DNA of 37,045 bases from Candidatus Bathyarchaeota archaeon (GTDB lineage Archaea > Thermoproteota > Bathyarchaeia > Bathyarchaeales > Bathycorpusculaceae): assembly GCA_963775895.1 (NCBI GenBank), contig CAVZKL010000005.1, forward strand, positions 1 through 37,045, in the 5' to 3' direction. The position numbers and the translations under genes are program-made. Numbering within the stretch: the stretch's first letter is position 1; each line of letters opens with the position of its first letter. Below are positions 10,689 through 21,236 of the stretch, in pieces. The notes below the pieces were generated by a model that was given only the letters and a program-made list of their open reading frames with translations, had not been told where the DNA came from and searched no databases.

Positions 10689-12364
10689 AAAAGTGTCAGC
10701 GGCTTGTACTCGCCGAAGACTGCTCTGAGCGTGTCGCATATTTCACCCAACGTTGCGTATTCTTTCACGGCTTGAAGTATGAAGGGCATCAGACTTTCGT
10801 TTTCTTTTGCTGCTGCGTCGTGCAATTTTTCGAGGGCTTCTTTGGTCTTGGCTTGGTCTCTCTTCTTCTTTATCATGTTTAACTGATCGACAAGAGTCTT
10901 CTCCACTATTGGGTCCACCTTCAAGGTTTTGATCGGAGTCTTTTCTTCGCTGACGTAATCGTTTACGCCTACGATGACGTGTTTCTTTGCTTCGACCTCT
11001 CTCTGGAAACGGTAGGAGCTTTCGATTATCTCGCGCTGCATGAAGCCTTTCTCTATGGCGGCAACTGCTCCGCCCCTTTCGTCGATTTGTTCAATGTACT
11101 TGAGGGCTTTCTCCTCAATTTCGTTTGTTAAGTATTCAACGTAGTATGATCCGGCCATTGGGTCCACGCTGTCGATGGTACCGCTTTCGTAGGCTATGAT
11201 TTGCTGAGTTCTCAGGGCCACTGTTACGGCTTGTTCCGTTGGCAGGGCGTAGGCTTCATCGAAAGAGTTCGTGTGCAGAGATTGAGTTCCGCCGAGAACA
11301 GCCGATAGGGCCTGCAATGCCACGCGGACAATGTTGTTGTACGGTTGCTGAGCCGTGAGCGAGACTCCCGATGTTTGGGTGTGGAATCGCAGCATCTGCG
11401 AGTTGGGGTTCTTGGCTTTGAACCTGTCACGCATGATTTTGGCCCAGAGTCTGCGAGCAGCCCTGAACTTGCCGATCTCTTCGAAGAAGTTGTTGTGAGC
11501 TGCGAAGAAGAAGGACAGTCTGCCCGCGAACCTATCAACGTCGAGGCCACTGTCAATCGCTGCTTGCACGTAGGCAATCGCGTTTGCCAGAGTGAAGGCC
11601 ACTTCTTGCACCGCTGTTGAACCGGCTTCGCGTATGTGGTAGCCACTTATGCTTATCGTGTTCCACTGCGGCATGTTCTTGCTGCAGTAGGTGAAGACGT
11701 CTGTTATCATGCGCATAGAGGGTTTCGGCGGAAAAATGTACATGCCTCGGGCCACGTATTCCTTCAGAACATCGTTCTGAACAGTTCCGCCCAAACGAGA
11801 CTGATCGACGCCTTGCTTCTGTCCCACAGCAACGTACATGCTCAGTAGGACGTTTGCGGGAGCGTTAATCGTCATGGAAGTCGTGACTTTTTCAAGCGGA
11901 ATCCCGTCGAACAGGACTTCCATGTCCTTGAGAGTGCTTGCGCTGACCCCGACCTTTCCAACTTCGCCGAGAGCCAAGGGATGGTCGCAGTCGTATCCGA
12001 CCTGAGTGGGAAAATCGAAGGCCACGCTCAAACCGGTCTGCCCGTGTTCGAGCAGATACTTGAAACGTTTGTTGGTTTGTTCAGCGGTTCCGAAGCCGGC
12101 GTACTGACGCATCGTCCAAGGACGCGCGCGGTACATGGTGGGGTAGACGCCTCGTGTGAACGGGTATTCGCCCGGGAAACCGAGATGATTCAGGTAGTCA
12201 AAACCCGAGACTTCAACAGGAGTGTAAAGTCTCTCTACAGGGATGTACGAGCTGGTGGAAAACTCTCCCTTCTCGGGCAGCTTGTCGAAGCTTCTTGCAA
12301 CGGTGCCGGCTTCCCACTTCTGCTTCTGATCTCGTATCTCTCGCAGTTTTTGTTCGTCAAACAT
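10685..12364 (-). CDS. mcmA: Methylmalonyl-CoA mutase, substrate-binding (large) subunit, 559 aa
   Basis: The start is re-called at ATG12364 ([10 protein letters not shown]); the upstream 150 codons of the track ORF overlap another gene. Motifs [35 protein letters not shown] and [11 protein letters not shown]. The Tyr and Arg specificity residues are those of MCM, not isobutyryl-CoA mutase. No B12-binding DxHxxG domain. Confidence 0.92.
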   Translation of the reverse strand: MFDEQKLREIRDQKQKWEAGTVARSFDKLPEKGEFSTSSYIPVERLYTPVEVSGFDYLNHLGFPGEYPFTRGVYPTMYRARPWTMRQYAGFGTAEQTNKRFKYLLEHGQTGLSVAFDFPTQVGYDCDHPLALGEVGKVGVSASTLKDMEVLFDGIPLEKVTTSMTINAPANVLLSMYVAVGQKQGVDQSRLGGTVQNDVLKEYVARGMYIFPPKPSMRMITDVFTYCSKNMPQWNTISISGYHIREAGSTAVQEVAFTLANAIAYVQAAIDSGLDVDRFAGRLSFFFAAHNNFFEEIGKFRAARRLWAKIMRDRFKAKNPNSQMLRFHTQTSGVSLTAQQPYNNIVRVALQALSAVLGGTQSLHTNSFDEAYALPTEQAVTVALRTQQIIAYESGTIDSVDPMAGSYYVEYLTNEIEEKALKYIEQIDERGGAVAAIEKGFMQREIIESSYRFQREVEAKKHVIVGVNDYVSEEKTPIKTLKVDPIVEKTLVDQLNMIKKKRDQAKTKEALEKLHDAAAKENESLMPFILQAVKEYATLGEICDTLRAVFGEYKPLTLF

Positions 12365-12485
12365 GGTTGAAGTCGCCTGGAAACAAGACTGTTCTGGCAA
12401 AGATAAAAGAATTGTCAACCGACCAACAGGCGTGAAAAGAGTTGGTGTGCACTGCATCAGAAATGAACTGGCGTTCAATGAGAGC

Positions 12486-12500
12486 ATAAAAAAAGGAAGG
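12486..12500 (-). terminator. Pyrimidine/oligo-T terminator after the DUF996-like gene
   Basis: The - strand reads CCTTCCTTTTTTT about 17 nt after the stop at 12517. Confidence 0.5.
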
Positions 12501-12516
12501 ATGTAGAGTTTCGCTT

Positions 12517-13140
12517 TCACTGTTGAGTCGGGGGCGGCGCGGGCGTTTGCTGCGGAGGTTGTGAAGGTATCTGGAAGAAGGCGATCGCCAGTAGCAACAT
12601 AGCAATCCATATCAGTGCTAAACCGATAATGATTATCGTCAGAAAGGCGCCTATCAGGAACAGTAAGCCCGCCGTCGCGAACAAGTGGACAGTCGTTTTC
12701 TGAGAGAGTCCGTTCAAGGATCTTCTTAGGAAAAAGGCTGAGACCACGATGAACACGACGAACAACACGAAGCTCAGAAGAATCTGTGCCACGTACGGCG
12801 CTACCGTATCCCAAGTTACGTTCGTCATGATTTGCTGGGCATTGCTCAGATTGCTCAAATCGATACCCAAAGCTTTGAGCAGATTCAACGCTGCTACGAC
12901 AACTAGCACGGCTGTAATCACTCCGCCGATGATGGTGATCACGAGCGAGTAGAGCGCATTGTTGAATATGCGTGAGTCTTTGTAATAATCCGAAAATCCT
13001 TTCAACCCAATGAAGAGGAGTATTACGCCTATGAGGTCAATTATCCAACCGTAGATACCTGCAAAAAAAGGTACCAGAGTACCTACGACCAACAGTATGG
13101 CTCCGATTCCGCCCATGTTCTTGCTCGATTCAAATGTCAT
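12517..13140 (-). CDS. DUF996-like multi-pass membrane protein
   Basis: K..GGIGAILL start, [19 protein letters not shown] and [21 protein letters not shown] pattern, with a Pro/Gln tail. Confidence 0.75.
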   Translation of the reverse strand: MTFESSKNMGGIGAILLVVGTLVPFFAGIYGWIIDLIGVILLFIGLKGFSDYYKDSRIFNNALYSLVITIIGGVITAVLVVVAALNLLKALGIDLSNLSNAQQIMTNVTWDTVAPYVAQILLSFVLFVVFIVVSAFFLRRSLNGLSQKTTVHLFATAGLLFLIGAFLTIIIIGLALIWIAMLLLAIAFFQIPSQPPQQTPAPPPTQQ

Positions 13141-13213
13141 TTTCCATTTCCTCGCAGAACGATTTTTGGGCTTCTCGGATAAAAAACTTTCCTATCCGCG
13201 CCCTTTCGGCTGC

Positions 13214-14293
13214 TCAGCCTTGCGTTCTTGCCCAAATCCTGCAGGTTCCTTCGACGCTCACCATGCAGGCGCCGACCGGTCTTTCTGGAGTGCAGGTTTT
13301 CATGAACAGGGGGCATCCTGTCGGTCTTATTTTGCCCACCACGACTAGGTGGCACATGCAGCCGTGTTGCACGTCGACGCCTCTTTCGATTCTTACTCCG
13401 TGCTTCAAGTGAGCGTCGTACGCCGAGTACTGTTTTTCAAGCAAAAACTTTGACGCGGGTATGATGCCTAAGCCGCGCCACGCACCGTCGACCGTGGAAA
13501 ACACTTGGCTCATGAGTTCTTGTGCCTTCGTGTTTCCATCGTAGTCAACGGCTCGTACGTACTCGTTTTCCAGTCTTGGTTTTCCTTCCTGTAGCTGTCT
13601 GAGGATCATGTAGATTCCGAACATCAGGTCTAACGGTTCAAACCCAGCGACCACAACGGGCATCCCGTAACGCTCGGGAAAGATTTCGTAAGGCTTGAGC
13701 CCTATGATGGTGCTCACGTGTCCTGGCGCTATGAAACCGTTCAGGCTCAGATCCTTCATCTCCACCAGCAGCCTCATCGCCGGCGGGATCGTTCGATGAG
13801 AAACCAGAAAGCTGATGTTCGATGGCGGTTTTCCAGCGATTTCCACCGCCGTCGACGGGGACGTGGTTTCGAAGCCCACGGCGAAAAACACGAATTCTTT
13901 GTGAGGCTCAGCCTTCGCCATGCTCACCGCGTCACCTATGCCGTAGACCACGCGAACGTCAGCGCCTTCGGCTTTGGCTTCCAGCAAAGACATCTTTGAG
14001 CCTGGAACACGGAAGAGGTCTCCGAAGCAAGTTATGACGATTCCTTTGAGACCCAGTTGGACGGCTTCGTCTATCTCCGAAGCTGGCACGATGCACACCG
14101 GGCAGCCTGGACCGGCTATCACCTCCACGTTTTGCGGCAACAGGCTTCGCAGGCCATAGTGATTTATGGTCCATTCGTGTGTGCCGCAGACGTGACAAAT
14201 CTTGACCGTGCCTTTTTTCGGTGCGGCTTCCAGCATCTTTGCTGCTAGGCGTTTCATCAGATTTGGATCTCTGAACCTCAGACTCTCAGTCAT
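13214..14293 (-). CDS. hypD: [NiFe]-hydrogenase maturation protein HypD
   Basis: CGTH, GPGCPVC, GFETT, PGHVS and a C-terminal Fe-S Cys cluster ending GACMVSVEGTC. Confidence 0.95.
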   Translation of the reverse strand: MTESLRFRDPNLMKRLAAKMLEAAPKKGTVKICHVCGTHEWTINHYGLRSLLPQNVEVIAGPGCPVCIVPASEIDEAVQLGLKGIVITCFGDLFRVPGSKMSLLEAKAEGADVRVVYGIGDAVSMAKAEPHKEFVFFAVGFETTSPSTAVEIAGKPPSNISFLVSHRTIPPAMRLLVEMKDLSLNGFIAPGHVSTIIGLKPYEIFPERYGMPVVVAGFEPLDLMFGIYMILRQLQEGKPRLENEYVRAVDYDGNTKAQELMSQVFSTVDGAWRGLGIIPASKFLLEKQYSAYDAHLKHGVRIERGVDVQHGCMCHLVVVGKIRPTGCPLFMKTCTPERPVGACMVSVEGTCRIWARTQG

Positions 14294-14309
14294 TCCGCAT
14301 CCGACTTTG

Positions 14310-14546
14310 CTACGTGGTCTTTGCTTTGGGTTCAGCCTTCAGAATCTCGTTCCACAGGTTCAGGGTTTCTTGAGCTTCTTTCTCGTCCAGAACCTGGATC
14401 GCATAACCAGCGTGGACCAAGACGTAGTCGCCCACTTTGGCGTCGACCAGTGTCACGTTTATTTCTCTCAAGACTCCTTCGCCGAAGTCCACTTGGGCAA
14501 GGTCTTGTTTGCGCGTGATGACTTTAGCAGGTATGGCAAGGCACAT
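14310..14546 (-). CDS. hypC: Hydrogenase assembly chaperone HypC
   Basis: MCLAIP N-terminus and GDYVLVHAGYAI. Confidence 0.95.
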   Translation of the reverse strand: MCLAIPAKVITRKQDLAQVDFGEGVLREINVTLVDAKVGDYVLVHAGYAIQVLDEKEAQETLNLWNEILKAEPKAKTT

Positions 14547-14596
14547 ACTTGTACCACTATGTATGCGATCAGACGGGTTGATAAATCGGTTATGGT

Positions 14597-16886
14597 TCAG
14601 AGTTTGAAAAAGCCCGATGCCACTGCCTGACCGAAGGATAAGCCACCGTCACCCGGGGGAACAGTCTCATGCACCAAGAACCGGATGTTGGCATCCTCAA
14701 CGATTCTCCGCATCTCGCCGGTCAGAAGTTCGTTGCATGCCACTCCACCCGTAAAACCGATCGCCTCAACCCTGTTTTCCTCTGCACTTTGCAACGCAAG
14801 CTTCGCCAACCCTTTGGCGAGGTAGATGTGTGCCGAATAAGCCAAGTCTCGTTTTCTGCACTTGGTTCTTTTCTCGAAAATCTCCTGCAGCAGGGGAGTC
14901 GTTTCAAGGGTGTTACCATTGATTATCGGTTCCAGTTTCGGAACATTTTTTCCTCCTGTTGCCGCTGACTCAAGTTTCATTGAAGGCTCGCCTTCGTAGG
15001 TGCGTTCGTGGCACACGCCGAGAATAGCTGACACAGCGTCGAGGACTCTTCCGCAGCTCGTGGTCTTCGTGACGTTGCCGCGGTTCCTGAGTTGTTGAAG
15101 GATTATCTCGATTTCTTTTTCTCCGTGGGGGAAGTGCCGCTTGTTTTCCTGGAGAAACTCTTCAACGTCCACTTTGCCGTAGAGTATTCCTGCAGCTACT
15201 CTTAATGGATAACGAGTTGCCAAGTCTCCGCCCACTAGTGGCTGTTCTTCAAGGTGGGCTAAACGTTTGAAGCCGCGGTTGTTCTTTGTTGCAGAGGAGG
15301 ATTTCTCCTCCCCAGGCTTCACCGTCCAATCCGTATCCGTAGCCGTCGCAGCATACGCCGATGATTTCGTTGACGCTGTGTTCTTCCATCAAGGCGGTGA
15401 CGTGGGCGTGGTGATGCTGGATTTGCTGAAGTTGCCAGTTGTTTTCCTCGGCCAGTTGGTGCGCCAGCGCCGTCGTGGTGAATTTCGGATGCAGGTCACA
15501 CGCGACCGTGTCTATTCGGCTGTTCGTCAGGCCGACTAAATGTTTTGAGGCTGTTTCGAGGAAATCTCTTGTTTCTATGTTTTCTACGTCTCCTATGTGC
15601 TGTGAGATGAAGGCTTTGTCGCCGTTCAGTATGCACGCAGTGTTGTTCAGTTCTCCGCCTAGGGCGAGAATGCAGTGTTTTGCGTGATGTTTGAGCAGTA
15701 CAGGAGCTGGCGCGTAGCCTCTTGATCGTCTGATGAAAACGGTGTGTTCGCCGTGAGTGCGGAGTACCGAGTCGTCGCATCTGTGGGCTATTCGACGGTC
15801 ATGGAACAGGAAGTAATCAACGGTGCTGCCGAGGGTTTTGAGAGCTTCATCGTTGTCGTTTATTATTGGCTGGTTCGGTGGGTTGGCGCTCGTCATCACG
15901 AACGAGGCGTCGGTGACCTTGTCGAAGAGCATGTAATGCAGGCCTGTGTAGGGCAGCATGACGCCGATGTTGTGCAGTAGCGGTGCCACGAGAGCCGACA
16001 GGTAGTAATCACTCTTCTTGTTCAGCAAGACAATTGGGCGGGTGAAGGAGGTTAGTAGTTTTTCCTCTTCTTCGCTCACTTCGGCGAATGTTCTGGTTGC
16101 CTCCAAGCTTCGGGCCATTATCGCGAAGGGTTTTTGACTTCGGTGTTTGACTTCTCGGAGTTTGGCTAGCGGCTTGTCCTTGGTCGTTGATGTTGCAACG
16201 TGGAAACCGCCGTAGCCTTTTATTGCCAGCGTGCTGCCTTCCGACAGGAGTCGGCCTGCTTCGCGGACGGGGTCTTTGTGCCGTACCGCTTCTCCGTTGG
16301 CTGTTGTGAGGTACACTTTTGGCCCGCACTTGGGACAGGCTACTGTTTGGGCGTGAAATCTTCTGTTGAGTGGGTCTCTGTACTCTTTCAAACAGTAGCC
16401 GCACATGGGAAATTCGCGCATGGTCGTGTTTTCACGATCGTAGGGCAGTTTTTCGATTATCGTGAATCGTGGGCCACAGTTTGTGCAGGTGATGAAGAAG
16501 TAGTCGAATCTTGGGTCTTCGGGGTTTCGAAGTTCTCTCAGACACTCGTCGCATATCGCCACGTCTGGCGGTATGACCGAGCCTGAGAGTTCGGTTTCGC
16601 TTGAACTCTTTTCTACGGTGAAACTTCGATATTGGTTTTTTCCTTCGAGCTTCGAAGTGATTACGTCGTAGATTTGGGCAAGAGGCGGCTTCTTTCCTCG
16701 AAGATCTTTCATGAAGTCTTGAATGTCCTGTTCTTTTCCTTCAAGAAGAATTTCTACTCCGGCATCGCCTCGGTTCTTGACGTATCCGTTCAGTCGGTGC
16801 TGGACTGCGGTGCGGTAGATGAAGGGACGGAAGCCCACCCCTTGAACTATGCCGGTAACCTTGACTTTTAGCCGCACTGCAGCCAT
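14597..16886 (-). CDS. hypF: Carbamoyltransferase HypF, split by one frameshift (~15285)
   Basis: GIVQGVGFRPF acylphosphatase domain, CxxC zinc fingers, QHHHAH and DGYGYG..WGGE. The second frame supplies TTSCGRVLDA, GGVACN and PPGDGGLSFGQA. Confidence 0.93.
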
Positions 16887-17080
16887 CTCTTGAGTCTAGT
16901 GCGAAGGAACACTTTCATATACATTTTGACCGAAAAAACAGGCTTTGGACTCTCCTTCACGAGTTAGGCTCTGGCAGGGCGCGCGTTCAGACTCGGCATG
17001 ACAATTTGACTCTTACAGTGCGGAATCTGGGAAAACCTTATCTGAAGAGTCGGCCGAGCAAGGGAAATGGTTTCGGTACG

Positions 17081-18049
17081 ATGAAATCCGTGCGGAATCT
17101 GAAGTTCTCAACTGCAATGAAGTTCAAGGCGATTCCACCCTACGACTTTGAACTCACGGTTCACAAGCCAGCTGGATGGTCGTTGCTGACACCGCTTGAA
17201 ACCTTTGAGAGTGGCGTGCTATGGACTGCTGTGCGAGTTCCTCAGAGGGGATTGTTCGGATTGAAGTTGAAGTCCGTTGGAACCGTTGAAGACCCTGAAA
17301 TAAGCTGTCAGTTGTTTTCGGAGCGACAACTGGGAAAAGGGGAGAAGGCGAGGTTGTCTGAAACCGTTGCGTTCTTGCTGAACCTCAACGAGAACGTCAG
17401 ACAGTTTTACGCACTCGGTCGTCGCGATCCTCTCGTGAAGGTTTTGGTAGAAGATCTTTACGGAATGAGGAACACGAAGACGTGTGACATCTTCTCAAGA
17501 CTTATCTTGGCTGTAACCCTGCAGATGGCTCCGATAACCAGAAGTGATCAGATGATGAATTTGTTGATCGAGGAATACGGCGAGACCTTGAGGTTTGACG
17601 GAAGAGAAGTTGCATATTGGCCTTCTGCTGAAAAGATCGCGAAGGCTCAGGTCATGGAACTTAAGAAGAAGTGCAAACTCGGCTACAGGGCGAAGGCTCT
17701 CAGGAGCATCGCACAAACTGTTGCTAGGGGATTTTCGTCGCTCCAAGAGCTTGAAATGATGTCGACTGACGATGCGAAGGCGAGGTTAATGGAATTGAGG
17801 GGGATAGGCGACTACTCTGCGGACATAGTCTCTCCGCATTTCGGGTTCGCTCTGGACGTGTGGAGCGCCAAAATATTCAGTATGCTCATGTTTGGAAAGA
17901 AACCTGAATCGCCGCGTGATATGATTCCGAAACTCAAGAAGGCGGCAGAGGAAAGATGGGGACGATGGAGAGGTTACGTCTTCATGTACGTGCTTCACGA
18001 TCTAGAGAACTTGTCGAGAAAATACAACTTCAACCTCACAGACGTCTGA
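17081..18049 (+). CDS. HhH-GPD DNA glycosylase (AlkA/Ogg-like)
   Basis: LGYRAK, HhH motif LMELRGIGDYSA, catalytic-Asp motif ALDVW and WGRWRGY. The start is probably ATG17081 rather than TTG17006. Confidence 0.82.
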   Translation: MKSVRNLKFSTAMKFKAIPPYDFELTVHKPAGWSLLTPLETFESGVLWTAVRVPQRGLFGLKLKSVGTVEDPEISCQLFSERQLGKGEKARLSETVAFLLNLNENVRQFYALGRRDPLVKVLVEDLYGMRNTKTCDIFSRLILAVTLQMAPITRSDQMMNLLIEEYGETLRFDGREVAYWPSAEKIAKAQVMELKKKCKLGYRAKALRSIAQTVARGFSSLQELEMMSTDDAKARLMELRGIGDYSADIVSPHFGFALDVWSAKIFSMLMFGKKPESPRDMIPKLKKAAEERWGRWRGYVFMYVLHDLENLSRKYNFNLTDV

Positions 18050-18211
18050 AAACTGCTGGCTTGGCACTAGAACGCAGATCAGTTGACACCTGACTGCTAG
18101 AGAGAAACTTTCATGACGTGCACGTTTTCTTCCCTCTCCAGAGAAGACGAAGTAACATGTTGTGATTATCCGACGTGAGTTTTCCTTTTTAAGCTCGGCT
18201 GACTTACTGCA

Positions 18212-19487
18212 GTGAAAAATGAAAAGCATGAAAGGGAGTCGGATGGAGGTTTGAGCAACGGTTTCAACTACCGATCCAAGGTCTTCCTCGTTCTGTGGGC
18301 TGTGAACTTTCTTTTCACTTTTTCCACCAATCTGATTCCTCACGTCGAGGGCTTACCTGACGAAAGCTTTCGTCGGAGGTTCCGAAACGGCGACCATGGA
18401 AGCCTTGGGCATAACGCTTTCTCTGGGATCCGCGGCCGCCACGATAGGCTACTTTGTTGGAGGCTTCGCCGCTGACCACATGGGCAGAAAAAGAGTGGTG
18501 ATCCTCTCATTCGCTGTCCTAGCTCTAGGCTGCGGATTATTCGTTGCCGCGCCGAACCTCTACTGGCTCTACCTGGCCAATTTCATCGAGTTCTTCGCCG
18601 CAGGTTTTTCCAGTCCAGCAATCTCAGTCTTGGTTGCGGGCTGCAGCGAGCAGTGTTCCAGGGGGATGGCCTTTGGTGTCTTCAACCTCTCATGGATAAC
18701 GGCCGGTGTCGCAGGTCCGTTACTGGCCGGGGTCATCGCTCAGTACGTCAACCTGTACATGCCCTTCATACTCGCGTTATTAGTGAGTGTGGCAGGCTTG
18801 TTCGTGGCCTATCTGCTAAAAGAAAAGAGCACTGATGAAGAAACGAAAACCTTGCAGAACGGGGGAGAAGTTGAGAAAAACGGATCACCAACGTATTCGA
18901 ATCTCAGACGCATCATACTCATCTTCAGCGTCACTAACATACTGAACGGCTTGCTCAACGGTTTCATAAACCCTGTGTTGAACGGGATGCTGCTGTTCAA
19001 GTTGGCCGCCGCTCCAGCAGAATACGGGCTTGTGCTGTCCCTGTCATCGAGTCTGGTCACTGGGCTCGTTCAGATACCAGGCGGAAAGCTCGCCGACAAG
19101 TTCGGCAGGAAGCCGTTGGTTCTTTTCAGTTTTCTAGGGGTACCTCTAGCTTTTCTATTGGGTTTCAGCGGCTCGCTCCTAGAATTTTCATTGATAATGG
19201 GTGGAATCAGCGCCGTCGGAAACATCAGTTCGCCAGCTATTTCAGCGTGGCTTATGGACCTTCTCCCCGAACAGAGGCGGGCAAGCGTTTCTGGGATAAC
19301 TCAAGCTCTCAGCGGGATCGGGTTGACCGTCGGACCGAACGTTGGAAGCTACGTTTGGAACGCCACGAAACCCGACGCCGTGATTCCGTGCGGAATCGCA
19401 GCGTTGATATTTGCAGCGGCATTTCCGTTCTATGTGATGTTGAAAGAGCCTGAAAAAACGATGGCTCAAAGCCTAGATGTCTCTTAG
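18212..19487 (+). CDS. MFS transporter, frameshifted near 18338
   Basis: MFS motif A in both halves (GGFAADHMGRKRV, GGKLADKFGRKP). The first TM helix lies in the 18212 frame and the rest in the 18396 frame. Confidence 0.85.
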
Positions 19488-19532
19488 CTGACCAGTTCCT
19501 CGACGGGTACTAGGTGTGCGACGGCTCACTTC

Positions 19533-19586
19533 ATGCTTTATAAACGGCTTCATTGTCTACGTAGTAAACGTGGAAATCTGAGGTGG
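19533..19586 (+). promoter_or_regulatory. TATA box and SD for tes
   Basis: TTTATAAA at 19537-19544; GAGGTGG at 19580-19586 before ATG19593. Confidence 0.55.
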
Positions 19587-19592
19587 AAGGCT

Positions 19593-21122
19593 ATGTTGAA
19601 GACTCAGGTTCAAGAAAAGTTTGAGACTCACTCGACCAGTCTCTGCCCCGAATGCTTGCAGAGAATTCCTATGAGGATTTACGAGGAAGACGGCGTTATC
19701 TACTTGGAGAAGACTTGTCCGGAGCATGGAAAGTTTGAGGACATATACTGGGGAGACGCCGAACTTTTCAGATGGTTCTACGACAACTGGTACAATGCCA
19801 AGTACTGGGGCAACGGCCTGGAGAAACCGCATTCCAAGACCGTCAAGGGTTGCCCCTTCGATTGTGGCGTGTGTCCACAGCACAAGACCCCCACGATTCT
19901 GGGGATCATCGATGTCACGAACAGGTGCAACATGGCTTGCCCAGTCTGTTTTGCCTACGTGGGAGCAACCAACTACGTTTACGAACCCACGTACGACCAG
20001 ATCGTTGAAATGATCAGAGTATTACGGTCCAACAGTCCGTGGGCGTGCAACGCCCTGCAGTTCAGCGGGGGAGAACCCACCTTAAGGAACGATCTGCCTG
20101 ATCTGATAAAGGAAGCGACGAAGGCGGGGATAACTCATGTGGAAGTCAACACCAACGGTATCCGCGTCTCTGAAGACCTCGACTATTTCAAGAAACTGCT
20201 TGACGCCGGTCTAAGCACGCTTTACCTTCAGTTCGACGGTTTGAGAGAAGAGATTTACAAGAAAACCCGCGCGCGCGGAGACATGATTCCGATCAAGATG
20301 AAGGTTCTGGAAAACGCAAGAAAACTCGGGTTGCATTCCATCGTTCTCGTGGTCACCTACGCTAAAGGAGTGAACGACAAGGACATCGGGGAGATCATCG
20401 ATTTTGCCGTGAAGAATCATGATGTCGTGCGCTGCGTTAACATTCAGCCGGTCTCTATGGCGGGAAAGGCGCGGAAAGAGGAAATGCGCAAGATGAGAAT
20501 AACGATTCCTGACACGATCAACGAGATTGAGAAACAGACGAACGGTGCGGTCGGACGTTTCGACTGGCGCCCCGTCAATTGGCCCGTTCCGATTTCAAAG
20601 GGCATGGGCCAGGTTAAGGGCAGGGTTTATCCAGAGTTTACCATGCATCCCATGTGCGGTGCAGCGACTTTTCTGGTCGTCGACAAGGATGGTTCTTACA
20701 AGCCGATCATGAACTACGTGGACGTTGACAAGTTTGCGAACGTGTTCTGGGACGTATACTATACGGGTGCCAAGGGCAAGAAGACAATGGCCAAGATAAA
20801 GATGGTGAAGCTCCTGCCCATGGCGAACAACGACTTCGTGCGAAGCTTGATCACTGGCGTCGTTACAAAAGGAAGCTACAAAGCGCTCGGGGAACTGATG
20901 CGTCGAATCGTCATGGTCGGCATAATGCACTTTCAGGACGTCTGGAACATTGACCTTGACAGGGTTCAGAAGTGCGCGATCCACTACGTCACACCTGACG
21001 GAAAGGTCCGATGCTTCTGCACCTACAATAGCATCCACAGGCCCGAAGTTGAGAAGCAATTCGCCGTGTCAATTCCAGAGTGGACGAAGAAGACTGGAAA
21101 GAAAATCAACGAACCGTTCTGA
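19593..21122 (+). CDS. tes: Tetraether lipid synthase (GDGT/macrocyclic archaeol synthase, MJ0619-type radical SAM)
   Basis: Rubredoxin-like CPEC...CPEH; auxiliary cluster GCPFDCGVCPQH; radical SAM CNMACPVC; SGGEPT; C-terminal cluster ligands HPMCG...MHFQD...KCAIHY...FCTYN. Confidence 0.88.
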   Translation: MLKTQVQEKFETHSTSLCPECLQRIPMRIYEEDGVIYLEKTCPEHGKFEDIYWGDAELFRWFYDNWYNAKYWGNGLEKPHSKTVKGCPFDCGVCPQHKTPTILGIIDVTNRCNMACPVCFAYVGATNYVYEPTYDQIVEMIRVLRSNSPWACNALQFSGGEPTLRNDLPDLIKEATKAGITHVEVNTNGIRVSEDLDYFKKLLDAGLSTLYLQFDGLREEIYKKTRARGDMIPIKMKVLENARKLGLHSIVLVVTYAKGVNDKDIGEIIDFAVKNHDVVRCVNIQPVSMAGKARKEEMRKMRITIPDTINEIEKQTNGAVGRFDWRPVNWPVPISKGMGQVKGRVYPEFTMHPMCGAATFLVVDKDGSYKPIMNYVDVDKFANVFWDVYYTGAKGKKTMAKIKMVKLLPMANNDFVRSLITGVVTKGSYKALGELMRRIVMVGIMHFQDVWNIDLDRVQKCAIHYVTPDGKVRCFCTYNSIHRPEVEKQFAVSIPEWTKKTGKKINEPF

Positions 21123-21236
21123 CAGAAAGATCTCATCAACGTCGCTATTTTCTGTCAAAACCGGCGAACAACATCTAGTGGATAAACGGAAGGTATTGTT
21201 GAGTTTGATATGAACGAAAAAGAACGGGTGCTTTGG

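Noticed and set aside
12365-12814. 150-aa N-terminal extension of the mutase in the ORF track
   Set aside because: It overlaps the DUF996-like gene and its terminator; the mutase-like sequence starts at ATG12364.
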